This document shows, in pieces, positions 48,423 through 57,480 of a stretch of 64,000 nucleotides of DNA. Source of the DNA: Spirochaetaceae bacterium (lineage in GTDB: Bacteria; Spirochaetota; Spirochaetia; DSM-2461); NCBI GenBank assembly GCA_965224705.1, contig OZ245056.1, positions 2,016,001 through 2,080,000 on the forward strand, read 5' to 3'. The translations under genes were made by a program, and so were the position numbers. The notes below the pieces were generated by a model that saw nothing but the letters and a program-made list of their open reading frames with translations, was not told the DNA's origin and searched no databases. Within the stretch, counting starts at the first letter, position 1, and each line of letters begins with the position of its first letter.

Positions 48423-49186
48423 TAATGATTAATAACAGCTTTTATCTCCTCAGTCAACCTTCGGGCAGCCAGGGGCAAAGGTAGTCCCAGGAAGGAGGAA
48501 ACAGCGATTGGATCACCAAACTCCAATTTATATTCAAACCTGTAGTTATCGGGAATGGAGAAAAAACTATCACCTTTCCCCAGCCCTCTGGGAGAATTGA
48601 TCTCTATATGAACAGGAAGAATATCTCTGTTGTTACGAAGTGCAATCTGGGCAGCGCTTCGGTGCAGTTTTATATCGTTCTTTTTGTAATCTGTCCGCGT
48701 TCCCTCAGGAAAGAGGATCAGGTTATGCCCCTTTGCCAGAGACTCTCCACTCTGGCTAATAACTGCCTCGCCGTCAAGCAAGTTCGGAATATATAAGCGG
48801 GAGACGACAGGCATAGTAAAAGGATTCCTCCACAGGGAGGCTTTGACGATGCAGTCAGCCTGTGGAGTAAGTGCTATGAGGAATACGGCATCAAGTAGAG
48901 TTGGGTGATTGGCACAGATGATCATGCTCCGTGCCTGTGACAGATTTTCCCGCCCCTCAACCTCAAGTCGGATTAGTCCGACCGCCACCATGAAATTGGA
49001 AAAAAAACGGAAGGTATGGCTGACGAGAGAGCGAAAAGCATCATTGGATTTCCCATCGCGGCTCACAGCCAGCAGTGCCGCGGGCCCCACGAAGAGAGCA
49101 AAAAATAGTCCCCCTAACCCGAAGAAAAAAAAACTGAGAGATTTGAAAAACAGATGAACAGCGGAGCGGAAAAAGTTAATGATCAC
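48422..49186 (-). CDS. Lysophospholipid acyltransferase (PlsC/ApeD-like)
   Basis: ANHPTLLD, LWRNPF, FPEGTRT; GTGA overlap with the upstream gene. Confidence 0.9.
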   Translation of the reverse strand: MIINFFRSAVHLFFKSLSFFFFGLGGLFFALFVGPAALLAVSRDGKSNDAFRSLVSHTFRFFSNFMVAVGLIRLEVEGRENLSQARSMIICANHPTLLDAVFLIALTPQADCIVKASLWRNPFTMPVVSRLYIPNLLDGEAVISQSGESLAKGHNLILFPEGTRTDYKKNDIKLHRSAAQIALRNNRDILPVHIEINSPRGLGKGDSFFSIPDNYRFEYKLEFGDPIAVSSFLGLPLPLAARRLTEEIKAVINH

Positions 49187-49920
49187 TTCTCTCCTGCACG
49201 GAAAATAGTGATCCGACAACCAGAACCACCGACCGAAAATGATTCATTTCCAGCAGTCAGAATCCACCGAAGAAAGTCCAGGGGTTCCGATGGTTTGTCA
49301 TCGTCTTCCGATGTCCCAATATCCAGGTCCAAAGAGATGCCTCGCTTTGAATCCCGGCCGCCCACAACCATGGCAAAAGCATAAGGATGCAATTCGCCAT
49401 CGTAGAGATCTTGGTAATCTTCGGGAATAAGCTCATCGGCAAAGATGATTAGAAAGTCTTTCTCGGGATTAAGCCGCACATCTGAGAGAATGGACATTAG
49501 ACCAGAAGTGAGGTCTCTATCTCCCGAAAGGAGAACAGCCGCCGCTTGCCTGTTATCCTCATGTATGGACAAAAGTGAGACCGGTGTATTGAAAACCGAT
49601 AAGCTGAAGGCTGCGGGTCTAACCTCTCCCGAATCGATCAGTTTTCCCGTAACCCCGTTCTGCTGGGAGATTTCACCAAAACGGCTGTAGAGAACGGTCC
49701 GGCAAGAGCCATTGTGCTCATTGAGTTCATGGCCGACATGAAGCACCATCCTGGTGAGCTGACTCAGACGCCGTCTGGCAATGGGGGAAAGATGTTCCAG
49801 CTTTGGCTTGTCAGTGGTCGGCAGAATCTCAAGATTTCCCACCGCCCAGTCATTCCATTCCTCGCGGCTGGTAACACCGGGAGCCCAGGCGCTCCAATCT
49901 TTTAAAAGGATTCGATCCAA
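49183..49920 (-). CDS. Ketosynthase chain-length factor (ApeC-like)
   Basis: WSAWAPG, RRRLSQL, SRFGE, PAAFSLSVFN; no catalytic Cys motif. Confidence 0.85.
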   Translation of the reverse strand: MDRILLKDWSAWAPGVTSREEWNDWAVGNLEILPTTDKPKLEHLSPIARRRLSQLTRMVLHVGHELNEHNGSCRTVLYSRFGEISQQNGVTGKLIDSGEVRPAAFSLSVFNTPVSLLSIHEDNRQAAAVLLSGDRDLTSGLMSILSDVRLNPEKDFLIIFADELIPEDYQDLYDGELHPYAFAMVVGGRDSKRGISLDLDIGTSEDDDKPSEPLDFLRWILTAGNESFSVGGSGCRITIFRAGEK

Positions 49921-49924
49921 ATCC

Positions 49925-51034
49925 CTACCCCTTTTTAAATCTCAGGATGGAGTAATCATTGGGACCGAGTTCGTGTATTTCATCATCAAGTCGGAATCCT
50001 GCCTTTTCTATAGCCTTGATCAACTCGCCTGATTCGTACATTTTGCTGTTACCATTGGCCATTGCCGTAAAATAAAGAGAAGTGGCATGAAGAGAATAAG
50101 CTGCGGCACGGTATTTCTGTTTATCCCAGAGGGGCTCCATAACATAAACGCAGCAGTTCTCATCAACAGCATTATGAACCTTTCCGAGAATTCCCGTTAC
50201 TTCCTCAAGAGAAAAACAGTCAAGAAACTGACTCATCCAGACGGCATCACACCCTTCAGGGAGAGTCGATTCACTTTTCAGTACATCAGCTTCGTAAACT
50301 GAAATTCTGTTGGAGAATTCGCTGTCATTTATGGTCTTTCTGGCTATTTCCGCCTGACCGGGGAGATCGATGATTGTGACTTTGACATCATCCATGTGAC
50401 GAACACAGGAGAGGGCCCATCTGGCCGTGTTTCCTCCGATATCCATCAGGGATTTATGCCCCTCCGAAAATACATATTTCAACGCAGCAGGAAAAGCACC
50501 ATCAGAATAGAAATGATCGAAAGCAAACCAGCTCTTCTGGACCTGTGGAGGCAGCGATGACAATCCTTCGTATATGGTAGGCCACTGACCGAAAACTTTG
50601 AGTCCTTCAGGTTTGCCCTTTTCCAGAGAATCCTGAAGGAAAAAGCTCCCCTCATAACAGACATCATGCATAAAACTCATATTGGCGATGGTCATGGCAT
50701 CGTGAAGAAGAAAAAATCCTATTTTACCAAGAACGTATTTCCAGGGCCTCTCCTCTGCGGTAATCTTAACGATGTCAGTGCTGAGCCCCATATCGAGAAG
50801 ACAACTTAGAGCATATTCGCTCAGTTCGAGTTCAGCCGAAAGGTCTTCTCGACTGATACCTTCGTCTCCAGCTTCATCAAGTAATTTGAGAATGCCAAGT
50901 TCTCTCATGGACTTAGCTGCCTGAAAAGCAAAGGGAGCAAAGGCAATTTTTTGAGCTTCATATTTGGCATCTACAGCCGAGATTTTGTCGTTAGAGAACA
51001 GTTTTTCTTGATTATATTTTAGTTTATTTCTCAA
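49925..51034 (-). CDS. SAM-dependent methyltransferase (APE-cluster type)
   Basis: AQKIAFAPF, WFAFDHFYSD, MDIGGNT, WMSQFLDCFS, YFTAMANGNSKMY. Confidence 0.9.
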   Translation of the reverse strand: MRNKLKYNQEKLFSNDKISAVDAKYEAQKIAFAPFAFQAAKSMRELGILKLLDEAGDEGISREDLSAELELSEYALSCLLDMGLSTDIVKITAEERPWKYVLGKIGFFLLHDAMTIANMSFMHDVCYEGSFFLQDSLEKGKPEGLKVFGQWPTIYEGLSSLPPQVQKSWFAFDHFYSDGAFPAALKYVFSEGHKSLMDIGGNTARWALSCVRHMDDVKVTIIDLPGQAEIARKTINDSEFSNRISVYEADVLKSESTLPEGCDAVWMSQFLDCFSLEEVTGILGKVHNAVDENCCVYVMEPLWDKQKYRAAAYSLHATSLYFTAMANGNSKMYESGELIKAIEKAGFRLDDEIHELGPNDYSILRFKKG

Positions 51035-51184
51035 GTATCCAACTCCAGAAAGTGAAATAAATTCCGATACAGTACTATACCTGAGCTAATTCGAAAACTC
51101 TCTATAAGGTATCAGTCAGAGAAGGGATGCCGCTACTCTTGATGTTGCCTCAGGCTAAATTCTCATTGAAAATGAAGGTTTTGT

Positions 51185-51620
51185 CAAGGCTTCGGGGTCT
51201 TTCTCTGCATTTCGGTATCTTTCTTCCGATTCACAGGGCGTTCATGGGTTTCTATCGCTGTCGAGTCCCGGCTCACATGTCCCACAAGCTCATCTTTGAC
51301 CGTTTTCGAGTGTCAGAAAGCTTGTTGTAACCTGGCTTCATTAGAATCCATCCAGAAGTAGATCCTTGTCCGGTGTAGTCGTTTAATGTTGATTGATGGC
51401 TGTGATTCAGCGAATCACTCTCTGGAACGGTGAGAAACCATGTCGGCGAAGTTTAATGTAATTACTTATTCTATAAAATATTAGTTTTCTGATGAAAGCA
51501 ATCGATTTATTTAACAAGCTTTCTGACACTACATAAGCGTTCCAAAGACCGTGTCCTTATTTTGTCAGCCGCGATTTTGCTGACAGAGCAAAACGAGTGT
51601 TGAACGTAGCTTCGTTCAAA
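51185..51620 (-). pseudogene. DDE (IS4/IS5-superfamily-like) transposase remnant split by a MITE
   Basis: Minus-strand fragments EATFNTRFA..SRL (right of the MITE) and LVGHVSRDSTAIE..P (left of it), with stops. Confidence 0.6.
51309..51530. mobile_element. MITE family A (222 bp)
   Basis: Perfect 18-bp TIRs AGTGTCAGAAAGCTTGTT / AACAAGCTTTCTGACACT. Confidence 0.85.
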
Positions 51621-51715
51621 CCACTATTGCTCTATCATCCAGGGGTCAACAACATGAAACTGGAAATGCTCCTTTTGTCATGTCTGTTTGGCATAGAGAT
51701 ACAGAGATGTATTGA

Positions 51716-51767
51716 AGAAAAACAAAAACAATGTCCTGTAACAAATTAACAGTCTATTACAGGGCAT
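51716..51767 (-). terminator. Intrinsic terminator downstream of tRNA-Met
   Basis: On the minus strand: ATGCCCTGTAA-loop-TTACAGGACAT followed by TGTTTTTGTTTTT. Confidence 0.65.
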
Positions 51768-51775
51768 GTATGAAT

Positions 51776-51848
51776 TAGTGGCGAAGGGACTTGAACCCCT
51801 GACCGATCGGATATGAGCCGATTGCTCTACCAACTGAGCTACGCCACC
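51776..51848 (-). tRNA. tRNA-Met(CAT), probably elongator; CCA not encoded
   Basis: GGTGGCGTAGCTCAGTTGGTAGAGCAATCGGCTCATATCCGATCGGTCAGGGGTTCAAGTCCCTTCGCCACTA folds as a cloverleaf; lacks the initiator C1:A72 mismatch and GGG/CCC stem. Confidence 0.93.
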
Positions 51849-51925
51849 AATCTTACGACAAATTAATGCTCTTCTTGATGTATGTCAACTGTATGGATGA
51901 GTATCTTGTGGGCTTAACTTCTTCC

Positions 51926-52780
51926 TTACTCGAAAAGCTGCACACGAAACGCAGCGACAGGATGTGTTTCATTGAAAAGAAAAAGATCCTTGTCGATTTG
52001 TACAAATCGTGTGGTTTCCGAAATTCGTTGAACGAAGAGGTTTTCAAAATCACTGGCAGGACCGTTCTTGCGGGTCATCGCTAATGGGTCAGCTTTGAAA
52101 CGATCATTTTTCAAGGTGACTCCTCCTCTGAATCTATTCACTCCCCCATAGCCCAACACCCCATAACCACCATCCATGTCGGGCAGAAGTATCAGGTTTA
52201 CCTCACTGTCTACAGGCCATCTGACTTCATGGCCGCCTGCTAATTCTATGGGTGTCCAATGATTCTCAACAATACTGATATCACCGTCAGCCCGCTCGAA
52301 TATCAATCCAGCGGACTCAGGATTCAATTCTGGCACGAGTTGAACTTTGTCAGGCTGATCTTCACTTGAGTTCTCAGGTTTTCGGGCGAAGAAGGAGCCT
52401 TCAATGGGTAAATCGGCTGTTCCATCAAGAATATCCAACTGGAGTATATTCCCCCTTGAAGTCCAACGGTCGCCCAGGGCCATATCGATATTAATCAATA
52501 ATAACCGACCATCAACTCCCAGATGAAACCCTTTATACCCAGGGAAAGTTTTGGTCTGATTGTCTTCCGGTGTTCTTATGATCCAGGTTGTACCGGCCCA
52601 GTCGGAAACAAACGGGATGGGTTCCCGGGTTTTTATATCTCTGGGAGCCTTATTAATTGTGGATGGTAGAACCTTTTCTTCCGGTACGACAGTTTTTTTC
52701 TGAGTTCTACAGGAAAAAAAAGTAAGAATCAAGGTCGCAGAGAAGAGCAATATGGTAACAAATTTTTTTCGAATCAGCAT
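51926..52780 (-). CDS. Lipoprotein with a C-terminal META (HslJ-like) domain
   Basis: Lipobox FFSC; GYGGVNRFRG, PLAMTRK, FENLF. Confidence 0.75.
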   Translation of the reverse strand: MLIRKKFVTILLFSATLILTFFSCRTQKKTVVPEEKVLPSTINKAPRDIKTREPIPFVSDWAGTTWIIRTPEDNQTKTFPGYKGFHLGVDGRLLLINIDMALGDRWTSRGNILQLDILDGTADLPIEGSFFARKPENSSEDQPDKVQLVPELNPESAGLIFERADGDISIVENHWTPIELAGGHEVRWPVDSEVNLILLPDMDGGYGVLGYGGVNRFRGGVTLKNDRFKADPLAMTRKNGPASDFENLFVQRISETTRFVQIDKDLFLFNETHPVAAFRVQLFE

Positions 52781-52893
52781 GATTTTGAAATGATCGGATA
52801 AAAACCCTTCTATATAACTTATTACGGTACAGTATATTTATCAGAGTTTCATCTGGCAAGTCTGGATACTTCCAATAATGACCATCTTTCACT

Positions 52894-53613
52894 ATGATAA
52901 ACAGCATGCGGGCAATACGATTTGAGCGACATTATATTGAGAATCCACCAGGATCATGCCTGGCTGTCTTTGGAAACACAAAAGTGATCTGTACATGCAC
53001 AATTGAAGAGGGTACTCCGCCATTTATTGGGCAGGGGGCCTGGCTGACTGCCGAATATGCCATGCTGCCAGGAAGCGTTTCCAGGGGGAGAAAACGTCGG
53101 GATGGTGCAAAAAAAGATGGCCGATCAGTGGAAATTCAGCGATTGATTGCCCGTTCCCTGCGTGCGGCAGTCAATCTTGCCAATTTGCCTGATGTTACGC
53201 TGACAGTGGATTGTGATGTACTACAGGCTGATGGAGGGACACGGACAGCTGCAATAAGCGGTGGCTGGCTTGCATTGTACGATGCCCTGGTGTTTCTGGC
53301 TGCTGAATCCAGAGTAAGCATTTCTTCGGGTTTCGCCCTGCCTGAGAACTGGCTTGTCGGCCAGGTTTCCGCGGTGAGTGTCGGCATTGTCAATGGAGAA
53401 ATCATCTGCGATCTTGACTACGATGCCGATTCCAATGCTGATGTTGATATGAATATTGTGAGTCTGAACAACAAGTTCGTTGAAATTCAGGGAACTGGAG
53501 AAAAAGATGTTTTTGATCGGTCTCAACTCAATGCTCTTCTCAATGTGGCCATGGAAGGTCTTTCTCATATTACAGCCGTACAAATTGAGTGCTTGAATGG
53601 ACTTATTCACTGA
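52894..53613 (+). CDS. rph: Ribonuclease PH
   Basis: GNTKVIC, WLTAEYAMLP, EIQRLIARSLR, DCDVLQADGGTRTAAI, EIQGTGE. Confidence 0.95.
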   Translation: MINSMRAIRFERHYIENPPGSCLAVFGNTKVICTCTIEEGTPPFIGQGAWLTAEYAMLPGSVSRGRKRRDGAKKDGRSVEIQRLIARSLRAAVNLANLPDVTLTVDCDVLQADGGTRTAAISGGWLALYDALVFLAAESRVSISSGFALPENWLVGQVSAVSVGIVNGEIICDLDYDADSNADVDMNIVSLNNKFVEIQGTGEKDVFDRSQLNALLNVAMEGLSHITAVQIECLNGLIH

Positions 53614-54643
53614 ATGTCAATCTCGAATTGAATCCGTACTGAACAAGGTTCTCCCCAAATCTGTCGATGAACACTGGTTCTCCCGTATCGCAGGTCAATC
53701 GAGTCAGAACATGAATGCCGATGAGGCCGATATGTTTCTTGAACCAGGCCGTGCTCTGCTTGGGCGGGGTGGGAAGCGATGGAGGCCAATGGTCACGATT
53801 TTAACCTGTGAAGCTCTTGGGGGAGGTACAAAGGCGGATATTCTGACAGCCCTGACAGAAATCCCTCATAACGGCTCACTCATTATTGATGATGTTGAAG
53901 ACTCAGCTCTCATGCGGCGAGGAGCCCCAGCCATTCATCTGGATTATGGCCTCGACCTGGCAGTCAACATGGGAAACCTCATGTATTTTCTCCCGGCAAT
54001 AGTATTGGAACAGGCAGATTTTGATGAAGTAACTGTTTCTAAAATGACCCGGGACTGGCTTTGTGTCATGCGCCGTCTTCACCTTGGCCAGGGGTATGAC
54101 ATCGTCTGGCACCGCAATAAATCTCTGTTCCCTGACCGGGATTCATATCTGCTGATGTGTCGATATAAAACCGGAAGTCTCTCCGCACTGGCAGCCCGTC
54201 TGGGCGTTCTGGCTGCCATGCCCACAGAATCCCTTGTTAGCAGCATTGGTGATGTCTGGGAAAAACTGGGAATGGGTTTCCAGGTACTGGATGATGTTCA
54301 GAATCTCAGTACGGGAGTTCCCGGCAAAGATATGGGTGATGATATTGTTGAAGGCAAGAAGAGTCTGCCTGTGATAATTCACCTGGAAAGATGTCCGGAA
54401 GATGATTGCCGATTGGCCGGACTGTTCGAAAGGGCGGCACAAGTTCCACAGAATGGCGACTGGGAACCAGTGATGGAATCGGTTGCTTTGATAAAGGAAT
54501 CAGGAGCCATTGATGAAGCAAGGAAACTGGGCCAGGGTTTTCTGGAATCTGGACGAACAGCAATCAAGTCTTTACTGCCAGATTCAACGGCCCGGGACTT
54601 GCTGGTTGCTTTGGTGGATGGCTTTCAAGAGCGTATGGTGTAA
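53597..54643 (+). CDS. Polyprenyl diphosphate synthase
   Basis: GGKRWRP, FARM IIDDVED..RRG, GQGYD, KTG, SARM FQVLDD, GDDIVEGKKS. Confidence 0.92.
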   Translation: MDLFTECQSRIESVLNKVLPKSVDEHWFSRIAGQSSQNMNADEADMFLEPGRALLGRGGKRWRPMVTILTCEALGGGTKADILTALTEIPHNGSLIIDDVEDSALMRRGAPAIHLDYGLDLAVNMGNLMYFLPAIVLEQADFDEVTVSKMTRDWLCVMRRLHLGQGYDIVWHRNKSLFPDRDSYLLMCRYKTGSLSALAARLGVLAAMPTESLVSSIGDVWEKLGMGFQVLDDVQNLSTGVPGKDMGDDIVEGKKSLPVIIHLERCPEDDCRLAGLFERAAQVPQNGDWEPVMESVALIKESGAIDEARKLGQGFLESGRTAIKSLLPDSTARDLLVALVDGFQERMV

Positions 54644-54671
54644 CTACTGGAAAAAGGAATGTTTGTTTAAC

Positions 54672-55924
54672 TGTCAGAAAGCCTGTAAAACCCCCTTCAA
54701 CCCATCCCGTGAGTCCAATCCCATCCTAAACCTTCACATACAGCGGATCATAACGACCGGATTCCACTCCCGGATTACGCCACTCACACAGCCAGGTTTT
54801 CTTCTCTGCCGCACCCAGATTGACCCTGCTCAGAAAGGCCCTCTTCAACCAGTATTTGCTCACTGCCTTGCGAAGTTTCTTCCTGGTGATCCCGGCCTTC
54901 TCAGCATGAGTTGTGTCCTTCTTCTTCCGGGCCTCCTTCACCCGCCATGGAATCATACAGTTGTGATAGTGACGATAAAGAATGAATCGAATCATCATCG
55001 CAGCGGGAGATTTGGCAAACTTGACCGTCTCCCTGACATGATCTGAAATATCTTTCCTGATCTGACGGTCAATGTAGTTAATAGGAAACATCGAATTATC
55101 CATGGTTCTGGCCGACCTTGAAGATGTCATGACCCGGATGAAGAAGTGGAGAAAATGCTCGGTTTTCGCAAAGGACCGGGTGTATGCCCTGTGCATATCC
55201 GTGAAGAGCAGCTTATGCACAACCTTTTTCTTCATAAGAAATTGAATCAAATCTTCTGTCAGACTTCTCACCGATTTCTCAATGGCCCCGGGATCCGCCC
55301 TGCCCCTGGTCTCCAGCTTTTTTCGGATCAATTTCTGACGGGAAGTCATTCTTCCTTTCCGCCTGAGATTGGCAAACCCGGTCTCATAGATGAACTCGGA
55401 CTCACTCCCGGCAAAGATGTTGATGTGGTTGGGATAGTATTGAGAGAAGGAAAAGGACTCCAGTCCATCGGCGGCCATGGATTCCCTCATGGGGAGTTTT
55501 TTCAACAGCCGGGCATGGATTGCCATGGCGGAACGGGCCAGTCTTTCGCATCGATTCTGCACCGTATCGGAAGAAACCTCCAGGTGACGGCTGATGTCAT
55601 TCACACCGGAAGAGGTCACCAACTGCTGTAGGAGTTCCTCGTAGTCGATGACTTTTTTCGCATAGTAATCGATTGAAAAAGTCTGGGAAGAAAAGGTTCT
55701 TTTGCAGTCATTGCAGATGTATCGCTGGACTGTTCCAAATGCTTCTGTGTGGTAGGAACTGTGTATCGAAAACCAGTTTTTTTGCTTCGGGGCACTGAAA
55801 TGGATACATTTCGGGTTGGGACAGTGAGGGAATAACATGATCAAACTCCTTTATAAATTGTTTTCTTACTATGTTATAACGAGCCTGACAGGGGGGGGGT
55901 GCTACATTAACAAGCTTTCTGACA
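54672..55924 (-). mobile_element. Complete IS1-like insertion sequence (~1.25 kb)
   Basis: TIRs TGTCAGAAAGC / GCTTTCTGACA flank one transposase ORF; a partial copy lies at 17988. Confidence 0.85.
54726..55844 (-). CDS. IS1-like transposase (Zn ribbon, HTH, DDE)
   Basis: CPNPKC..QRYICNDCKRTF, HTH NDISRHLEVSSDTV, DGLES, TDMHRAY, NYIDRQIRKD. Confidence 0.8.
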   Translation of the reverse strand: MIMLFPHCPNPKCIHFSAPKQKNWFSIHSSYHTEAFGTVQRYICNDCKRTFSSQTFSIDYYAKKVIDYEELLQQLVTSSGVNDISRHLEVSSDTVQNRCERLARSAMAIHARLLKKLPMRESMAADGLESFSFSQYYPNHINIFAGSESEFIYETGFANLRRKGRMTSRQKLIRKKLETRGRADPGAIEKSVRSLTEDLIQFLMKKKVVHKLLFTDMHRAYTRSFAKTEHFLHFFIRVMTSSRSARTMDNSMFPINYIDRQIRKDISDHVRETVKFAKSPAAMMIRFILYRHYHNCMIPWRVKEARKKKDTTHAEKAGITRKKLRKAVSKYWLKRAFLSRVNLGAAEKKTWLCEWRNPGVESGRYDPLYVKV

Positions 55925-55939
55925 CTACGGATTATTTAA

Positions 55940-56140
55940 ATTCCCGGCGGGCTGAAGAGGATAAGGAGAGGTAATCAAGGAAACTCATGAAAAGAAACCG
56001 GACTAAGAGAGAAAAGCCAGGAGAAATTCCGAAACAATACTCGAAGAAAAGAGTGTTTTTACAGGGTCAATCTGAGTGTAAATGAGCAGAAAACCTGGTT
56101 GTGCGAGTGGAAGAATTCGGGAATTAAATCAAGTTGGTAC
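55940..56140 (+). pseudogene. Degenerate inverted 3' fragment of a related IS1-like transposase
   Basis: CAGGGTCAATCTG...AGAAAACCTGGTTGTGCGAGTGG resembles the RVNL..KTWLCEW coding sequence of the adjacent IS. Confidence 0.65.
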
Positions 56141-56252
56141 AGGAGGTCACATTTTTTCTATCAGTACTTATTGTATAGAATTGAGATGGTTACTGGAATG
56201 CTTCTAGCCTATGAAGTCTGTTTACTCTATTATGGCTGTTCAAGGAGTATTC

Positions 56253-57389
56253 ATGAACGTAGAGGACTATCTGGATCAATACAGGGGCTGTTGCTGGGTT
56301 GAGTTTGGATTGCTCGAAGATTTTATGAAGCAGTGTTTCATTGAAATCGGTGTTCCAGAGAATGATGCAGAAATCATAACAGATGTTCTCATTGAGTCGG
56401 AGAAAAGAGGGATTGACTCTCACGGGATTGGCCGGTTCAAACCCATCTATCTGGATCGGATTGATACAGGTGTGCTCAATGTCATCACAAGAATTGATGT
56501 GGTCAAAGACACAGAAACTACAGCAGTTCTGGATGGTAACAACGGTATGGGACATGTGGTCGGTAAAAAAGCCATGGAAATGGCGATTGAGAAAGCCCGT
56601 CACTATGGATTAGGTATGGTGACTGTCCGGAATTCATCCCATTATGGTATTGCCGGATACTACGCTTCCATGGCTATTGAGGCCGGGATGATTGGAGTGA
56701 CAGGAACAAATGCCCGGCCATCCATTGCTCCTACCAACGGTGTTGAAAACATGCTTGGAACCAATCCCCTGGTGTTTGGAATTCCTACAGATGAGGAATT
56801 TCCTTTTATCCTTGATTGTGCCACCAGTGTTACTCAACGGGGGAAAATTGAGGTTTACAGCCGGGCAGGCAGGGAGTTGCCTCCAGGCTGGGTCATCGGC
56901 AAAAATGGTGGAACTCGAACGGACACAGATCAGGTTCTAGATGATCTTACCTGCGGTATGGCTGCCCTTGCTCCCCTGGGTGGTCTGGGTGAATTGACCG
57001 GGGGATACAAGGGATATGGCTTTGCCACTGTTGTGGAGGTGCTTTCAGCTGCCCTTCAGGATGGTTCCTACCTGAAGTCTCTCAGCGGATTTGATGCCGA
57101 TGGGAATATGATCCCCTATCCGCTTGGGCATTTCTTCATTGCCATTGATATTGAACATTTTGTCCCCATATCAACATTCAAACGGATTGCAGGTTCCATA
57201 ATGCGGGATTTGCGCAGATCAGAAAAAGCTCCCGGTGCTGAGCGGATTTACACAGCCGGAGAGAAAGAATTCCTTGCGAGAAAATACCGAATGGAGCATG
57301 GCTGCCCGGTTCCCCCGTCTCTTCAGAAGGAACTCACTCAATGCCGTTCACGGTGGAATCTGGACGTTGAATTTCCATGGGATGAGTAA
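56253..57389 (+). CDS. Ldh_2-family (AllD/ComC-type) 2-hydroxyacid/malate dehydrogenase
   Basis: RGIDSHG, RNSSHYGIAG, LGTNPL, LDCATS, GYKGYG; AAGGAG RBS. Confidence 0.9.
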   Translation: MNVEDYLDQYRGCCWVEFGLLEDFMKQCFIEIGVPENDAEIITDVLIESEKRGIDSHGIGRFKPIYLDRIDTGVLNVITRIDVVKDTETTAVLDGNNGMGHVVGKKAMEMAIEKARHYGLGMVTVRNSSHYGIAGYYASMAIEAGMIGVTGTNARPSIAPTNGVENMLGTNPLVFGIPTDEEFPFILDCATSVTQRGKIEVYSRAGRELPPGWVIGKNGGTRTDTDQVLDDLTCGMAALAPLGGLGELTGGYKGYGFATVVEVLSAALQDGSYLKSLSGFDADGNMIPYPLGHFFIAIDIEHFVPISTFKRIAGSIMRDLRRSEKAPGAERIYTAGEKEFLARKYRMEHGCPVPPSLQKELTQCRSRWNLDVEFPWDE

Positions 57390-57480
57390 TCACTCATCAT
57401 CAAAACACACTACAGCAGCTTGTCTCTCAGATTAATAACTGCTAAGGTGTCAGTAGATAATTAATCAGGAGTTCACAGAC

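Noticed and set aside
51776..51848. Initiator tRNA-fMet or tRNA-Ile2
   Set aside because: No C1:A72 mismatch or GGG/CCC anticodon stem; the acceptor stem looks like elongator Met, though Ile2 is not fully excluded.
55891..55899. G9 tract upstream of the transposase as a phase-variation switch
   Set aside because: Non-coding, and I could not place it between credible -35 and -10 boxes.
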